Below, piece by piece: positions 61,454 through 64,000 of a stretch of DNA of 64,000 bases (position 1 is the stretch's first letter; each line of letters opens with the position of its first letter). Position numbers and translations under genes: made by a program. Source of the DNA: Octopus sinensis (lineage: Eukaryota); assembly GCF_006345805.1 (NCBI RefSeq), contig NC_043001.1, positions 129,394,001 through 129,458,000 on the forward strand. Direction: 5' to 3'. The notes under the pieces are model-generated. The model did not search any database. It was not told the DNA's origin and was given only the letters and a program-made list of their open reading frames with translations.

Positions 61454-61689
61454 AAAATCTGCAAACTCCTACCATCACCAATCAACCAGCTCCTACTACT
61501 ATCACCATTCAACCACCACGACCTATCACAAACTCTTACCATCACTAATTAACCACCATCACCAATCGCTACTTCCTACCACCACCACCGCCGCCACCAC
61601 CACCACCATCACCACTGCCGCCAAAACCATCACTAATCACCACCAATCACCAAAGGGGAACCCCTTTTTCGCCACACTCTCTTTGCTTG

Positions 61690-61836
61690 TCTGGTCCTTT
61701 GCCTTCTCTCTCCTGACAAATATCCTCTCACTCGCTTTTGATGATATCTCCCCTCTCTTTTTGGACATCACCCTTCCTCTCTCTCTCGATATGATACCTA
61801 CTCTCTCTTTTGATGTCCCCCCTCTCTCTCTCTCTT

Positions 61837-61903
<67 letters not shown>

Positions 61904-62230
61904 CTCTTGTTCTGATACCAAATCTCTCTTTTAATAATTACGATCTCTCTCATTTGATGTCCCCCCTCTCTCTCTCTTTCTATCTATCTATTTATCTATC
62001 TTTCTCTCTTTTAATAATTACGATCTCTCTCTTTTGATGTCCCCCTCTCTCTCTTTCTATCTATCTATCGATCTTTCTCTCTTGTTCTGATCCCAAATCT
62101 CTCTTTTAATATTCACGATCTCTCTCTTTTGATACCACCCCTTCTTTCTTTATTTGTCTTCTCTCTCTCTGTCTCTGTCTCTCTCTTTCTCTCTCTCATG
62201 ATTTCATACTTCATCACTCTTCAATATCTA

Positions 62231-62262
<32 letters not shown>

Positions 62263-63000
62263 CTCACTATCTCCCCACTCTCCTTTGATATCTCCTCTTA
62301 TACTTTCTCTCTTAACATCATACTCTCCATATTTTTCTCAGAGGAAAACTTTACACTTTATCTCCTTTTCTCTCTCTCTCTCTCTCGCTCTCTCTCTGCT
62401 TATCTCTTTTTCTCATCCTTTCTTGCTTTTGTCTTCTCTTTCTCAATCTTTCTTTCTCTCTCTCTTACTCTTTCTTTCTCTTCACCACAAATATAAACTT
62501 CTCTCTCTCTTCACCTTCTCACACTTTTGCTCTTTCTCTCTCTCTTTCTCATTCTCTTTCTTCCTTGCTTCTCTCTCTCTCAGTGCAGTTATCTCCCTCT
62601 TTCTCTCTACCACAACTATAAACTTCTTTCTCCCTCTCTCTCTCTCTCTTTCCCTCACACTTTTGCTCTTCTCTCTCTCTCTCTCTCTTTCTCATTCTCT
62701 TTCTTCCTTGCTTCTTTCTCTCTCAGTGCAGTTATCTCCCTCTTTCTCTCTACCACAACTATAAACTTCTTTCTCCCTCTCTCTCTCTCTCTTTCCCTCA
62801 CACTTTTGCTCTTTCTCTCTCTCTCTCTCTTGCTGGTTATCGCTCTTTCTTCCTCGCTTTCTCTCTTTCTCTATGCAGTTTTCTCTCTCTTTCTCTTCAC
62901 TACAAATACAAACTTCTCTCCCTCTCACTCCCTCACACTTTTACTCTCTCTCTCTCTCTCTTCCTGACTCTTTCTCACATATCATCTCTCTCCTCTTCCC
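61690..63000. repeat. Pyrimidine-rich (CT)n/(CTAT)n block with internal duplications
   Basis: Repeated tttgatgtcccc..., aatctctcttttaata... and cagtgcagttatctccctctttctctctaccacaactataaac units. Confidence 0.9.
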
Positions 63001-63808
63001 TCTCTTCATTTTAAACTCTGCTAACTTCTAATTTACACCCCTTCATAATGCATTAATTATAGGCCTGTAAGTTAGCGGCAACATAATCCCTGCACACCCC
63101 ACTCACCCCTCTCATCCCCATCCCAATCATCATCACCGGCAACAACAGCAAGCCTAAACATGGTCATTTGACTCGCTAGAAACAATATCCAAACCTCCAC
63201 TCAAATCACATCATACAATTTTAATAAATAAAAGAAAGATTCCGCAATGTAGTTCCTTCATATACAATGTACAGAAATGAGGGGATGGTCACGCCTGGAA
63301 ACGTCTTTGGCCATAGGTCAGCTTGATCAGGACTGACCTGATCAGGACTAACAGCAATAACTACATTGGCAACAACAGTAGCAGCAACAATAATAATCAT
63401 TGGTACCACAACCACCACCAACAACAACATCCATGCCACAACCAACAAGAAGAAGCATATATGGTGGTCGTCCAATCTGCTAGAAATAGCAGCTAAATCT
63501 TGCTCAAATCTCCATTTTACTGTCATAAGAATAAGAAGGACACATTGGTTGATGAGGTCTTTAGTACATCCTAAATAGAAAAACAATAAATGTATGATGG
63601 GATTGTCATTTTTGGAACGTCTTTGATTATATGTCTTGCTTTAAGCAAAGCTGACTTGGCACAACCAGCCAAAGCAACTGGTTAAAAATATGATACAAAA
63701 GTGGTTTTCCAATTTATGATGATGATGGTGATGATGATAATAATGGTAGTGGTGGTAAAAAGAGATAGGAAGTTGTTGGTATGGTGGTGATGGTGGTGGT
63801 ATTTAACA

Positions 63809-63955
63809 TCCGAGGTCGACTTTGCCTTTTATCCTTTCGGGGTCGATAAATTAAGTACCAGTTACACACTGGGGTCGATGTAATCGACTTAATACCTATG
63901 TCTGTCCTTGTTTGTCCCCTCTATGTTTAGCCCCTTGTGGGTAATAAAGAAATAG
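63809..63955 (+). mobile_element. Family B SINE, 5'-truncated
   Basis: ccgaggtcgactttgcc...gtgggtaataaagaaata; ggtatttaaca occurs on both flanks. Confidence 0.92.
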
Positions 63956-64000
63956 GTATTTAACACTTGGTCAGCCCAGACTAAACAGATCTATGATCAA

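Larger units (their letters stand above)
49990..61650. repeat. Large cryptically simple block of (ACC)/(ACT)/(ATC)/(AAC) repeats, G-poor on the + strand
   Basis: Direct reading; interrupted by SINEs, AT-rich islands and one G/T-rich segment at 57170-57730. Confidence 0.93.

Overview
AT-rich eukaryotic DNA dominated by retroposons, DNA-transposon remnants and microsatellites. The SINE families, RTE tails and cryptic ACC/ATC repeats suggest an octopus/coleoid genome (inference, no search run). No intact host protein-coding gene, tRNA/rRNA gene or CRISPR array is recognisable, and almost all ORF-track entries are microsatellite or SINE read-through artefacts. Supported content: (1) three abundant SINE-like families, labelled here A (tRNA head plus internal TA/TG microsatellite), B (about 230 bp, often with long TSDs) and C ((GAT)n tail, internal ~60-bp tandem array), plus older tRNA-headed families D and E; (2) a full-length but broken mariner (33915-35190), a decayed DD37D/maT-like element (18841-20079) and mariner MITEs; (3) an RTE LINE 3' end, an L1/Tx1 RT fragment, a non-autonomous Helitron and a piggyBac-type MITE; (4) many fold-back structures; (5) a ~13 kb strand-skewed simple-repeat block. 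The best candidate for an unexplained system is a set of short TA-flanked elements carrying minimal hammerhead-ribozyme motifs of the Penelope-associated, dimer-cleaving type (15076-15159, 20172-20207, 28065-28100, 33140-33174, 46288-46327). One of them has a tRNA-like Pol III head. A 92-bp insertion with a 9-bp TSD (13185-13276) matches the sequence immediately 3' of that element's predicted cleavage site. Every motif in this window carries at least one core or stem change, so activity is not shown. Family labels are mine, and repeat boundaries are approximate unless TSDs/TIRs are quoted.
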